This document shows positions 1 to 9,441 of a stretch of 64,000 nucleotides of DNA, in pieces (position 1 is the first letter of the stretch; each line of letters starts with the position of its first letter). This stretch comes from Myxococcota bacterium. Lineage in GTDB: Bacteria > Myxococcota_A > SURF-8. Location of the stretch: the NCBI GenBank assembly GCA_965140415.1, contig OZ223209.1, forward strand, positions 4,864,001-4,928,000, given 5' to 3'. The notes below the pieces were generated by a model. That model saw nothing but the letters and a program-made list of their open reading frames with translations. It was not told the origin of the DNA and searched no databases. The position numbers were made by a program, and so were the translations under genes.

Positions 1-153
1 GACAATCAACGTCGGATTGAACAGAATGGCCTTGGCCATGGCGGAGATGTCTCCCAGCCCGAAAGCTTTGGCTTTCATCCCTTCCTTGATCAGGATATTG
101 GCAACGGCGTTGGCGACCAACGCAAAGAGCAAAACCAGGTGGATCATCTTCAT
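1..153 (-). CDS. Small multidrug/DMT (SMR/EamA/ArnE-like) membrane transporter, N-terminal part; runs off the left edge
   Basis: Manual minus-strand translation from ATG 153 gives MKMIHLVLLFALVANAVANILIKEGMKAKAFGLGDISAMAKAILFNPTLIV. The hydrophobic helix with ANILIK is typical of small DMT subunits. AAGGA RBS upstream. Not in the ORF track because truncated. Confidence 0.65.
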   Translation of the reverse strand, partial: MKMIHLVLLFALVANAVANILIKEGMKAKAFGLGDISAMAKAILFNPTLIV

Positions 154-167
154 AATGATTCGTTCCT

Positions 168-1136
168 TTATGGCTGTAGGTGCTGCGCGAGTTCGCGCAG
201 CGCTTCAGGCAGAACACGCAGAAAATCTTCCGGTACGGGGGCGGTAAACGAACGCGCCGGGAAACCGTCCGCTTCCGGCAACGACAACGAGAGCGCGTGC
301 AGCATCAAACGCGCCGCGCGCAAACCGGGACCGCCATAGAGCTTATCGCCGATGATCGGAGCGTTCAATTCCAGCATATGCAAACGCAGTTGATGGGTGC
401 GCCCCGAATGCGGCGACAATTTCACCAGGCTCGCGCCATTGGCACTACCCAGCACTTCATAATCCGTTACCGCCGGGCGGCTGTGACGCCCGTCCACGCG
501 CATGCATTTATTGCGCTTGGGATCGAAACCGATGGGAGCATCGACGCGCCCGCTTGCAGGTAATTCGGACTTCGGCAATACCAGCGCCAGGTAGGTTTTC
601 TGTGCGAGATGCTGTTTGAACACCTGATCCAGATAGCGATTGACCGGCCCCTGCCGTGTAAAGAGCACGACGCCGGAGGTATCCCGATCCAGACGATTGT
701 ACAGGGAAATCGGCCCGAATTTCTCCAAGGCCAGCGAAAACAGATCGCCTCCCTGCCCTTTGCGAATGGCGTGCGTCAACATGCCCGCCGGTTTATTCAG
801 CGCCAGCATTTCCCGCGCATCGCGGATCAGCCAGCTCTTATCGAAGCACGGCAGCTCGGAGAAATTCCGGGAAGATTCACGCTCCGACTTTGTGGCGGGT
901 TGCGTTTTTGCAACTGGCGCTTGCTCCACGGCCTGGGCCACTTCAATGCGATCGCCGTTATGGACTTTCCAAGAGCAGAGCCACACCAGCTTCCCGTTGA
1001 TCTTGACTTTCCGTCCCGTCACCAGTCGCTGCACGGCTCGCTTGCCTATACCGGCCTGCTCGCAGATCACCCGATCCAGGCGCGTTCCACGCTCCAGGTC
1101 TTTAACTGTCAGCTTGATGGACTTTCTCTCCGTCAT
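168..1136 (-). CDS. RluA/RluD-family 23S rRNA pseudouridine synthase with N-terminal S4 domain
   Basis: S4-like RLDRVI...GRKVKING; motif I LNKPAGML; catalytic motif NRLDRDTSG; GRTHQLRLHM...PIIGDKLYG; RLMLHA. Confidence 0.93.
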   Translation of the reverse strand: MTERKSIKLTVKDLERGTRLDRVICEQAGIGKRAVQRLVTGRKVKINGKLVWLCSWKVHNGDRIEVAQAVEQAPVAKTQPATKSERESSRNFSELPCFDKSWLIRDAREMLALNKPAGMLTHAIRKGQGGDLFSLALEKFGPISLYNRLDRDTSGVVLFTRQGPVNRYLDQVFKQHLAQKTYLALVLPKSELPASGRVDAPIGFDPKRNKCMRVDGRHSRPAVTDYEVLGSANGASLVKLSPHSGRTHQLRLHMLELNAPIIGDKLYGGPGLRAARLMLHALSLSLPEADGFPARSFTAPVPEDFLRVLPEALRELAQHLQP

Positions 1137-1236
1137 CTTTTCCTTTTTCTAAGTAGCATCCCTGTAGGTCGCCTGTTCATGCCCTACGTTGGAGCATGTC
1201 TCCCGACATACTCCAAAGGTTCATGCAGAAACGCGA

Positions 1237-2310
1237 TTACTCGCTTGCTTCCGTATCGATCACCATACGAATAATGCCGCCTACTTGCTCCGCTTCCTCA
1301 AGTTCATCCCCAACCAAACGCAACGGGAAGAGGTCGTCATCCAGCGGCACATCGTTTTTCGTCATCGCCAGTAGAATATCATCGTTTTCCGCCACGCGGG
1401 CGCTGGGCAGCGCCAGCTGCTCCGAATACAAGCGTACCATGTAACCGCTTTCAATCACTTCACCCTGCTCCGAATACAAGCGTACCATGTAACCGCTGGC
1501 AGCCAGATCCCGATTGAAAGCCTGCGCGTCGTGAACGTTTTCATCATCCACGCGCCCGACCAATAGCCACAACGGAATTCCGCTCCACACATTCGCGTGA
1601 TCGTCCGTCCAGCTCTGGCCGTGACATCCCGGCGTCGCGCCGGATTCGAACGTTGCGCGATCCATGCTTTCGGTACGCGCACCTTCCAGTTCCAGCGTCC
1701 AATCCGCTCCCAGTTCCACAACCTCAATTCTCGCCACCTGCTTGATCCACCAGTGACCGTCGGTCAGCTGTTCGGCCTGCTCGGATACAAAGGCCAATCG
1801 CAAGGGACCACCGTCATCTTCCGTCAGCGTTCCATTCGCATTCTCATAAGCCAGAATCAGGATCAGATCCTTGTCGTATTCAATCGCTTCACCGCTTTGC
1901 GGATCGAAAGTCGCCAGCTTGCGCCCCTGCGCCTGATCGTGGGACAGCGTCATGGCATAGTCATCCGAGGCCACGATGCGCAGCCCCGCCCCATCCGGCA
2001 ATCCGCCGATATCCTCCAGCAGATCCAATACCGAAACGCCCGTCCAGATAATCGGCGCGGCGATGCTGCCCACGCTTGTCAGCCAGCCGCCATAGCCTTC
2101 CGTCTGAGTGCGCTGCATGAAATCCGCTTCCGAGATCGTAACCTCATTGCCATCCAATGCAGCCAAGGTCACCGTAAACGATGAAGCATTTTCTCCCTGC
2201 TCTTCCAGATCCGCATCGCCATCCACCGTCGAGTCGGAATCGGAGCAAGCACAAACCAATAGCATCATCAATAAAGCCAATCCCCACTGCAACTGCTTTT
2301 TCACTTCCAT
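1237..2310 (-). CDS. Lipoprotein with two molybdopterin-oxidoreductase-like (Oxidored_molyb fold) domains
   Basis: Lipobox LVCAC-SDSD. Twice the pattern W(T/S)G(V/I)..(L)L...ILLA.....G.....PLRL, plus WWIKQVARIEV. Start set at ATG 2310 with GGAGGG RBS rather than TTG 2325. Confidence 0.6.
   Translation of the reverse strand: MEVKKQLQWGLALLMMLLVCACSDSDSTVDGDADLEEQGENASSFTVTLAALDGNEVTISEADFMQRTQTEGYGGWLTSVGSIAAPIIWTGVSVLDLLEDIGGLPDGAGLRIVASDDYAMTLSHDQAQGRKLATFDPQSGEAIEYDKDLILILAYENANGTLTEDDGGPLRLAFVSEQAEQLTDGHWWIKQVARIEVVELGADWTLELEGARTESMDRATFESGATPGCHGQSWTDDHANVWSGIPLWLLVGRVDDENVHDAQAFNRDLAASGYMVRLYSEQGEVIESGYMVRLYSEQLALPSARVAENDDILLAMTKNDVPLDDDLFPLRLVGDELEEAEQVGGIIRMVIDTEASE
1417..1497. repeat. 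Perfect 33-bp direct repeat (1417-1449 and 1465-1497) inside the CDS
   Basis: ctgctccgaatacaagcgtaccatgtaaccgct occurs twice, 15 bp apart; encodes SGYMVRLYSEQ twice in frame. Confidence 0.95.
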
Positions 2311-2424
2311 CGATACACCCTCCAATCAAGCATGATCGTCCCGGATCATACGAGGTATTGCCGGATTGAACAAGCGCTTTTTCCCAAAGCTTTTGCGACA
2401 AAGCTGCGCCCGGGTATAGCATGA

Positions 2425-2454
2425 AATAGTGATATTCGTTTTATAGTCACTATT
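2425..2454. promoter_or_regulatory. Palindromic operator-like site AATAGTGA-N14-TCACTATT
   Basis: Perfect 8-bp inverted repeat in an AT-rich intergenic patch ~115 bp upstream of the 1237-2310 gene; regulator unknown. Confidence 0.45.
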
Positions 2455-2611
2455 AGTTGATTTGCACTACTGGATATGGGTGCCCGGGTCTTCGATTCGG
2501 TACGAATCGATGGCCCGGAATCAGAGAATGTACACGGTCATTCGCCTTTCAGGCGAAAGGCCGTGGCACCCTTGGTTGTGGCGCATTTCAAATAATGCCT
2601 ACTCTAAAAGC

Positions 2612-2698
2612 GGGTGCCATGGGCAAAGCGAAGAATCACGTAGCTTGCCCATGCTGTTATCGAACACGGGCAAGCCTGCGGCTTTGGTCGCGCCACCC
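2612..2698. repeat. 87-bp nested-hairpin dispersed repeat, family B, copy 1
   Basis: gggtgccatgggcaaagc...gcttgcccatg..cacgggcaagc...gctttggtcgcgccaccc; homologous to 19492-19578 and 28321-28407. Confidence 0.85.
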
Positions 2699-2764
2699 CG
2701 AAAATAAGACCTGTTTGCAATGTCTTGTGAAGCATGCTTCGTTTCACTCAAGCATCATCCCAAT

Positions 2765-2793
2765 TTGCTTGTCCAAGATCTTTCCCATATAAT
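2765..2793 (+). promoter_or_regulatory. Putative sigma70 promoter for the DUF1648 gene
   Basis: TTGCTT-17 nt-TATAAT, 32 nt before ATG 2826. Confidence 0.5.
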
Positions 2794-2825
2794 GCAACTA
2801 CGTTATTTAATCCAGGGAGACGAAG

Positions 2826-3380
2826 ATGTACTTCGCGCAAACCAGCGCCAAACGTCGCTTGCTGCTGCATTTTCTAAACGGCGGCCTGTTACTGGCGCTC
2901 AGCGTTACCTGGGCCATCCTTTGGGAAAAACTCCCCAACCCCTTCCCCATTCATTTCGGTCTCAATGGCGAGCCGGATCGCTTCACCGAACCGGGAGCGG
3001 AAGTTTTCATCGTACTCGTTCTATTGCCCTGGTTGATGACTGCGCTACTTTACGCCACGCGCCTGCTGATACGTTTCAGTATCAAGCATCCGGCGATCAT
3101 GAACCTGCCGAACAAAGAGCAATTCCTGCAATTACCTCAACAGCAGCAGGAATCTCTTTTACTGATCATGTTCGAATTCTCCATTGCACTGGCATTCACG
3201 TTGAACCTGGTTTTCGTCTGCGCCGGAATCGGCTCGCTGTTGGTTGCCTTTCAGATTCTGCAACGCCTGCCGGTGATGATCCTGGTCAGCCTGATCCTCT
3301 TATCCATCGGAATCGTGGTCATCTACCTGATTGCCTTCAGCAAGGCCATTTCTCGATTGGCACAGGAAAAAACGGAGTAA
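2826..3380 (+). CDS. DUF1648 (SdpI/YhfL-like) membrane protein
   Basis: LPNPFPIHFGLNGEPDRF signature after the first TM helix; about 4 TM segments; GGGAG RBS. Confidence 0.8.
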   Translation: MYFAQTSAKRRLLLHFLNGGLLLALSVTWAILWEKLPNPFPIHFGLNGEPDRFTEPGAEVFIVLVLLPWLMTALLYATRLLIRFSIKHPAIMNLPNKEQFLQLPQQQQESLLLIMFEFSIALAFTLNLVFVCAGIGSLLVAFQILQRLPVMILVSLILLSIGIVVIYLIAFSKAISRLAQEKTE

Positions 3381-3794
3381 GCGGGCAACGACTTCAAGCG
3401 GAAATCCGGGCAAATCGCAACCGAATTTCTGACACCCTGTAAAGTACGCCACATAGCGCCCACACCTGCACTGAATTCGTAACTCCTTCGGTAGGTACAC
3501 ACTTGGTTGCGGCAGAATTCGCGATAAAGGGGAAAAAGGCATTACTTTGGCCTGTCTGCCGGTTTGCCGCACTTATTTACAGAAGCTATTCACGCTATTT
3601 TTCTGTAGTAGCGAGAGACTACCCTACCTGAATTTGTCTTTAATAATAGTCACTTATGCACAACCGCAAGAAAAAGCAGAAAGCCTTAATCGTTAGAAAG
3701 AATGAAGAACCCATATCGTGCTTGTTTGCGGCAGGATCGTGCAGAACCAGGCTGCTTCGTGTTTTACAGTATTCATTCTTAGCAATGTCTTCTT

Positions 3795-3861
3795 GTAGCG
3801 GCGAGACGTAAGCCCGCCGAGAAACACCAATAATTACGGCTGGCTTACGCCTCGCCGCTAC
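3795..3861. repeat. GTAG-tagged REP/REPIN-like palindrome, family C
   Basis: Arms gtagcggcgagacgtaagcc (3795-3814) and ggcttacgcctcgccgctac (3842-3861) are 19/20 complementary; lies between convergent genes. Confidence 0.75.
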
Positions 3862-3996
3862 GGAAATCAAGAAAACACATCTCGCTATTATTGATTAAGA
3901 ATCATTCTATGCAAATGGCATAATCACACCACGTCCGCAGGGTGATGTAAGACCGAGCTTATCAGAGGTGGTTTTACGGCCTACTTATATATGCGC

Positions 3997-4197
3997 TTAA
4001 TGAGGCTTGCGATTGTAGTCTCTCAGATGATCTTCGGGATTCCCATTCCGGGAATCATCGTCAGCCGCCTCGTCTTCATCGGGAGCCAGCCAGCCGAATA
4101 AATCCGAGTCCTTGCAACGCTTGGAGCAGAAGGGACGATACGGATTTTCTTTGTTATATTCGGTTTCTTTGCCGCAGCGGGGACAAATGACTTTCAT
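3997..4197 (-). CDS. yacG: DNA gyrase inhibitor YacG (zinc finger)
   Basis: CPRCGK...NPYRPFCSKRCKDSDLFGW plus acidic tail; start overlaps the clp stop (ATGA). Confidence 0.9.
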   Translation of the reverse strand: MKVICPRCGKETEYNKENPYRPFCSKRCKDSDLFGWLAPDEDEAADDDSRNGNPEDHLRDYNRKPH

Positions 4198-6554
4198 GCC
4201 CGGCTTGCCTCCCGCTCTTCATCCGAAGCTTTAAAACACAAGCCGCCGGTTTCATCGACGAAAACCGAAATGCATTGGCCACGATGCGCATCACCACGCA
4301 AAATCATCGAAGCCACTGGCCCTTCGATTTCGGATTGAATGGCCCGTCGCATCGGACGAGCTCCAAAACGAGGATCGTAACCGCCGGCATGAATCAATGC
4401 ATCGGTTACTTCCGGGGCAAATTGCAGCTCGATATTTTTCTCTGTTGCCAATTTGCTTGCGCTGGATTGAAGCAGCAATAACGCGACCTGGCGCACTTCC
4501 TCGCGCGTAAGTCGCCCGAAGACGATCACTTCGTCGATACGATTGAAAAGTTCGGGAGAAAGCGAGCGATGAATGACTTCGTGAATTTTCTCCTGAAGTC
4601 GCGACGCCTCGTTTTCCTCGTCGGCAAATCCGATTCCACTGCGCCCGCGACCGAAGAATTCCGCTCCAAGATTGCTGGTTAGAATCACGACGGAATGCGT
4701 GAAATCGGCGACTCGCGCCATGTTGTCGGAAAGTCGCCCGTCTTCCAAAATTTGCAGCAACAGCTTCTGTACGTCGGGATGGCTTTTTTCGATTTCGTCA
4801 AACAGCACGATCTGGAAAGGATGACGGCGAATGGCGTCGGTCAAGGCCGCGCCGTCGTTAAATCCGACATAGCCAGGAGGCGCACCGATCAATTTGGCGA
4901 TGGAATGCGACTCGGAAAATTCACTCATATCGAAGCGAATCATCGCATCGCGCTGGCCGAACAATTCCGCCGCCAATGCCTTTGCGATTTCCGTTTTTCC
5001 CACGCCGGTAGGTCCGACGAACAAAAAGGAACCGGTCGGCCTGTCGCCGGAAAAACCGGCCACGTTGCGCCGCAGCGACTCTCCGAGGCGCTTTAAGGTA
5101 TCACGATGCCCCACGATGTGATTGGCCAGGCGCGATTCCAGCGACAAATACCGCTCCGAATCACTGGATAACAAATGCTCCACCGGCACTTTCGTCAACT
5201 GGCTGACGACCTCCGCCACATGCTCTTCGGTGACTTCGATGGCTTTGGATCGTCGGGCACGAGAGCCAGCTAAATCTAGAATTGTCAACGACTTATCCGG
5301 CTGATGCTGATCGCGCATATAACGATCCGTCAAACGCGCAGCCAGCCGCAAAGCCGGTTCGGTAAAGGCGGTACCATGATGATCTTCGTAGCGATCCGCC
5401 ACCGAGCGTAAAATCGCGCGCGTCTCGCGCTCGTCGGGCTCGTCGATTTCCATCAGGTGAAAACGTCGGGACAGCGCAGGGTCTTTTTCGATCGTCTTTC
5501 TGTATTCATCCGTGGTCGTCGCACCGATACAGGGAAAATCGCCGCTGGCCAAGGCCGACTTCAACTCTTGAGCGATATCCTGCGAGCCGTCCACCGATCC
5601 TTGGGCGATCTGGTGAATTTCGTCGAAAAATAAAATCACCTGCCCGTTTGCCTTCGACACTTCCCGCCGCAAGGCATCGATGCGCTCGGAAAACGATCCG
5701 CGTAACTGTGTCCCTTGTAGCAGACGAGACGGTTCCAACTGATAGATACGGCGACTCTCCATCCCCGGCACGCTATCGGGCATATGCGCCAATCGCCAGG
5801 CCAGACCTTCAACGAGCACCGTTTTTCCGATTCCCGGAGGCCCGATAACCAAGGGATTATTGGACTTGCGCTTGTTTAGAATGTCCACCAGTTCTTCGAT
5901 TTCGCGATCCCGGCCCACCACCGGCTCCAATAGCCCGTTTAGAGCTTTTTCCACCATATCCGTAGCCAGTTCCTGCAAAACGGGAAATGCTCCCGAAGCC
6001 GGAACCGCTTTTCTGGTGGAATGCACCGTCGTAACCTGCGGCGCGGCGACCGTTTGCGCTCGCGGAGCAGGTTGACTTTGCATGGAAGGATTTGTGGATT
6101 TCTTCACCTGCCTGCGCCGATGCTGCTCGAAAATCGAGGCATAGCGGCGAGGCATTTTATTGACTAATAACGAAACGGCCTGATTGCGTAGATAAGGAAT
6201 TCGCACGCCCGCTCGTTCAAAAAGATGATACGCGCGGGTTTGCCGATGGCGAGTGAGCGCAACCAGCAAATGCAGGCAATTAACTTTCGGATTTCGATAC
6301 TTGACCGAAGTTTCTTCCGCAATTTCAAGTAGTTCTTCTACGGCCTCTTCCGTTTCGGGAAAATTCTTATCGACGTATGGAAGTAAAGCTTCTTCCGAAT
6401 ATCCCTCTTCGGCAAGCAGCAACCCACCGGAATTATCCAGCATATACAATGAAAACAGCACGTGCAGGCTGTTTAAAGGCTCTCCCAGCAATTCGGAAGA
6501 ATCCAGGGCTTCATTCAAGGCGTATGTCAGCTCAGGACTGTAGGCTCTGCCCAT
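4194..6554 (-). CDS. ATP-dependent Clp protease ATP-binding subunit (ClpA/ClpC type, two AAA+ domains)
   Basis: Clp N-domain; Walker A GPPGIGKT and GPTGVGKT; Walker B LFFDEIH and LFDEIEK; GATTTDEY; LIGAPPGYVG; IGF ClpP-binding loop; GARPMRR; no evident UVR/M coiled coil. Confidence 0.93.
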   Translation of the reverse strand: MGRAYSPELTYALNEALDSSELLGEPLNSLHVLFSLYMLDNSGGLLLAEEGYSEEALLPYVDKNFPETEEAVEELLEIAEETSVKYRNPKVNCLHLLVALTRHRQTRAYHLFERAGVRIPYLRNQAVSLLVNKMPRRYASIFEQHRRRQVKKSTNPSMQSQPAPRAQTVAAPQVTTVHSTRKAVPASGAFPVLQELATDMVEKALNGLLEPVVGRDREIEELVDILNKRKSNNPLVIGPPGIGKTVLVEGLAWRLAHMPDSVPGMESRRIYQLEPSRLLQGTQLRGSFSERIDALRREVSKANGQVILFFDEIHQIAQGSVDGSQDIAQELKSALASGDFPCIGATTTDEYRKTIEKDPALSRRFHLMEIDEPDERETRAILRSVADRYEDHHGTAFTEPALRLAARLTDRYMRDQHQPDKSLTILDLAGSRARRSKAIEVTEEHVAEVVSQLTKVPVEHLLSSDSERYLSLESRLANHIVGHRDTLKRLGESLRRNVAGFSGDRPTGSFLFVGPTGVGKTEIAKALAAELFGQRDAMIRFDMSEFSESHSIAKLIGAPPGYVGFNDGAALTDAIRRHPFQIVLFDEIEKSHPDVQKLLLQILEDGRLSDNMARVADFTHSVVILTSNLGAEFFGRGRSGIGFADEENEASRLQEKIHEVIHRSLSPELFNRIDEVIVFGRLTREEVRQVALLLLQSSASKLATEKNIELQFAPEVTDALIHAGGYDPRFGARPMRRAIQSEIEGPVASMILRGDAHRGQCISVFVDETGGLCFKASDEEREASRA

Positions 6555-6640
6555 AACTTCTCATCATTCCATTTCGATGTGTGACAACAGGGACCGATGC
6601 GGCGAGAAACACCTCGCCCGCAACCGAGAAAAATATACTT

Positions 6641-6669
6641 ATTATAACCGATTGCAGATCCCCGGTCAA
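6641..6669 (-). promoter_or_regulatory. sigma70 promoter for clp-yacG
   Basis: Minus strand reads TTGACC-17 nt-TATAAT, ~85 nt upstream of ATG 6554. Confidence 0.65.
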
Positions 6670-6775
6670 GTTCGTGACACGACCAAAAGGAAGGTTTTCG
6701 TTTACAAATGCAATTCGAATTCGAAGAAGACGATTGAGTCGGAATGCGCCCTGTTTCCGTTTATAACCACGGATT

Positions 6776-7711
6776 TTATGGGAAATCCACTCGTTCGGAG
6801 ACCGTATTCTGCAACGCCGACACCAGGCGCATCAAGCTGTCGTTGATCGGCGTGGCGATTTGATGAGTCTGTCCCAATCGGCTGACATAACCGCAAATCG
6901 CATCGATTTCCGTCAAGCGGCCATGTAAGACATCTTTCAACATGCTGGAATGATTATCCTTAGTTAACTCCGCGACATCGCGTGTCTTTTGCACCAACGC
7001 AGCAGCATCGAGCGCAATAGCTTCCGCCTGCGCCACCTTGACGACCTCCTGCACTGCCAATTCTGCAAGCGCATCCAATTCCGGCTGTCTGGCAACGTGG
7101 CCATTGGGCAGCCTCAACAAAGCGGTTAGCGGATTGATGGCGCAGTTGATCGCCAACTTGGCAAACAGAATCTCTCGAATCGAGTTTGAAGCCGAAACCG
7201 GGAAGCCGCCGCATTGTGTCACATTTACAATGCGCTGCAAACGCCCGCTCATTTCTCCATTCCATTCGCCGATATTCGTTCCCCCCACACCGACGTGATG
7301 CAGAATTCCGGCTTCATCGATATACGCGCCGTTGATGGTCGACGCCGCCAGCACTCGTTGCCGGCCCAGTTCTTTTTGCAATATCTCCACGTTTCCCATG
7401 CCGTTTTGCAGGGAAATCACGAGCGTTTCCGGTCCGAACAGTAGCCGATGCTGACGCAGCGCGGTTTCGGTATCGTAGGCTTTTACGGTAATGAATACGA
7501 CGTCCGGTGTTTCGATTTCAGCGGCATCGGTAATCACCCTGGGATGCACCGTGAAATCTCCCGCTGCACTGCTGAGTTGTACGCCATGAGACGACAAGCG
7601 CTCGGCGGTCCTGCCCGCTCGGGCGACCAGGGTCACATCCAGACCGGCTTTGGTCCAATACGCTCCCGCCAGCGATCCAATGGCTCCCGGTCCCACGATT
7701 GCAAGTCGCAT
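6776..7711 (-). CDS. panE: 2-dehydropantoate 2-reductase (ketopantoate reductase)
   Basis: GPGAIG Rossmann motif; TVKAYD; SLQNGMG; KLAINCAINPLTAL; SSMLKD...TEIDAICG. Confidence 0.92.
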   Translation of the reverse strand: MRLAIVGPGAIGSLAGAYWTKAGLDVTLVARAGRTAERLSSHGVQLSSAAGDFTVHPRVITDAAEIETPDVVFITVKAYDTETALRQHRLLFGPETLVISLQNGMGNVEILQKELGRQRVLAASTINGAYIDEAGILHHVGVGGTNIGEWNGEMSGRLQRIVNVTQCGGFPVSASNSIREILFAKLAINCAINPLTALLRLPNGHVARQPELDALAELAVQEVVKVAQAEAIALDAAALVQKTRDVAELTKDNHSSMLKDVLHGRLTEIDAICGYVSRLGQTHQIATPINDSLMRLVSALQNTVSERVDFP

Positions 7712-8014
7712 ACAACACCTCCTTCATTCGTGCGCGTATCCTACGACGCTCACCGGTTGCGGTCAAGCCGGATCGACGAGAATTGTCGCGTGGGAATTGA
7801 AAAACAATGGGCCGTATGGAACCAGACGTCTTGCCATTACATATTCATGTAGAGCTTATTTTTTTCATCCATATATATTTTTGTAACGCTCTGTCAAAAA
7901 AGGCACAATCCAATTGAGAAATACATGGCTTTTGTTGTATAGTCTCTACATTGAACTGATCGAAAATATCTGATTTATACCCGGAAATGCACTGGGTTGC
8001 AGGGGACATTGCAG

Positions 8015-9115
8015 ATGATTCAACGGACAGGCTTATTGTTGATGCTGATGTTGGTACTCGCTTACAGCATAGCACCATCTCTTTCGGCGGAAGAATCGCC
8101 CGGCATCGTGGTCTGGAAACTCCAGGCCAACAAAGGCGTGGATGACGCAGACGTGAATTTAATTTCGAACTTCGTGGCCAACCAGGTGGCGAAGTATTCG
8201 GGAAGCAAGGTCATTTCCGAGGCGGATATCCAGACCATTCTGAAGGGAGAGGAAACACGCCAGCAATGCGGTGCGGAAGATACCTCCTGCGTGGCGGAGA
8301 TCGGCGCGGCGCTTGGCGTTCCGGAGGCGGTTTCCGGTGACATCGGCAAGATCGGCGATTTCTGGATGCTGAACCTGCGGCGCATCAACGTCCGTTCGGC
8401 AGAGGTGATCGGGCGCAGCAGTCGAAATATTGATGGATCGGTAAACGACCTTATTCGGGCACTGCCGGAATCGGTGGCGGAATTGTTCGGGACCTCACCC
8501 CCCGGCCCCCTCTCCCACGGAGAGAGGGAGAGCGAGCCGAAGGCCAAACCCTCGCCTCCGGCAGAGCCTGGGCGGCTATATGTGAAATCCGAACCTACCG
8601 GAGCCAGCCTGTTTATCGATGGTGATCGCATGGGGGAGACGCCCTTTAAGCAAAAGGTGGATGTCGGTGAGTATAGGCTGGAACTGAAACTCGACGGTTA
8701 CAAAACGGCCAAGGAATCCGTAAGGGTGAAATCGGAAGAGATTGTCCAACTGAATCTTACGCTAAAGCGGGATTACCCGATGAACCCCTACAAGAAGTAC
8801 GGCTATGTCACCTTCTTCACGGGTGTCGGTGTGGCGGCCTTTTTAGGCGGTGTCGGTTTCGGGCTTGGCGCGAATTACGCCGATGAATATCAAACGAAAA
8901 CATCGGGCTCAATTAACGACTTGCGTGACAAATCGCAGACGATGACAGGCGTAGGTTATGCCGGAGTATCCATCGGTAGTGCGTTGATGGTAACCGGTAT
9001 TGTCTTATGGGCGCTTTCGCCTGGTGATGAGGCTTGGTGGGAGGAGCATCAGGTATCCGCAGGACCGACTAGTGATGGATCAGGGGGTATGTTGACAGTC
9101 GGGGGGGCATGGTGA
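8015..9115 (+). CDS. Secreted PEGA-domain protein with N-terminal CsgG/DUF2380-like domain and C-terminal hydrophobic hairpin
   Basis: Signal peptide; C...SCVAEIGAALGV...GDIGKIG; PEGA motif LYVKSEPTGASLFIDG..MGETP; myxobacterial-type C-terminal tail. Start ATG 8015 chosen. Confidence 0.8.
   Translation: MIQRTGLLLMLMLVLAYSIAPSLSAEESPGIVVWKLQANKGVDDADVNLISNFVANQVAKYSGSKVISEADIQTILKGEETRQQCGAEDTSCVAEIGAALGVPEAVSGDIGKIGDFWMLNLRRINVRSAEVIGRSSRNIDGSVNDLIRALPESVAELFGTSPPGPLSHGERESEPKAKPSPPAEPGRLYVKSEPTGASLFIDGDRMGETPFKQKVDVGEYRLELKLDGYKTAKESVRVKSEEIVQLNLTLKRDYPMNPYKKYGYVTFFTGVGVAAFLGGVGFGLGANYADEYQTKTSGSINDLRDKSQTMTGVGYAGVSIGSALMVTGIVLWALSPGDEAWWEEHQVSAGPTSDGSGGMLTVGGAW
8492..8530. repeat. CCCTC-type REP-like palindrome inserted in frame in the PEGA gene (family A)
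   Basis: acctcaccccccggccccctctcccacggagagagggag encodes TSPPGPLSHGERE in the interdomain linker; similar hairpin to 12215-12250. Confidence 0.65.
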
Positions 9116-9441
9116 ACCTCCCCCGTCCGTCTTCGACGTCCGACCCCTCCCATCGGGAGGGGCAAATCGCCTCCCCTACTGGGGGAGGTCGGAGCACGGC
9201 AGGTGCTCCGGGAGGGGAAATGGTGAACCTCCCCCGTCCGTCTTCGACGTCCGACCCCTCCCATCGGGAGGGGCAAATCGCCTCCCCTACTGGGGGAGGT
9301 CGGAGCACGGCAAGTGCTCCGGGAGGGGTCATGGTGAACCTCCCCCGTCCGTCTTCGACGTCCGACCCCTCCCATCGGGAGGGGCAAATCGCCTCCCCCA
9401 CTGGGGGAGGTCGGAGCGCAGCAAGCGCTCCGGGAGGGGTT
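9109..9441. repeat. Tandem array of three 111-bp units, each a pair of inverted REP-like palindromes (BIME-like, family A)
   Basis: Near-identical units at 9109-9219, 9220-9330 and 9331-9441. Half A (e.g. 9115-9163) and half B (9169-9217) are divergent inverted copies of CCCTCCC-hairpin-CCGACC-CCC..GGGAGG. Confidence 0.95.

Noticed and set aside
3540-3575. c-di-GMP-I riboswitch (GGCAAACC on the minus strand)
   Set aside because: It lacks the GNRA/receptor and GACGCAAAG elements, and no gene start follows appropriately.
9109-9441. CRISPR array
   Set aside because: The units are near-identical over their whole 111 bp with no unique spacers, and no cas genes are present.
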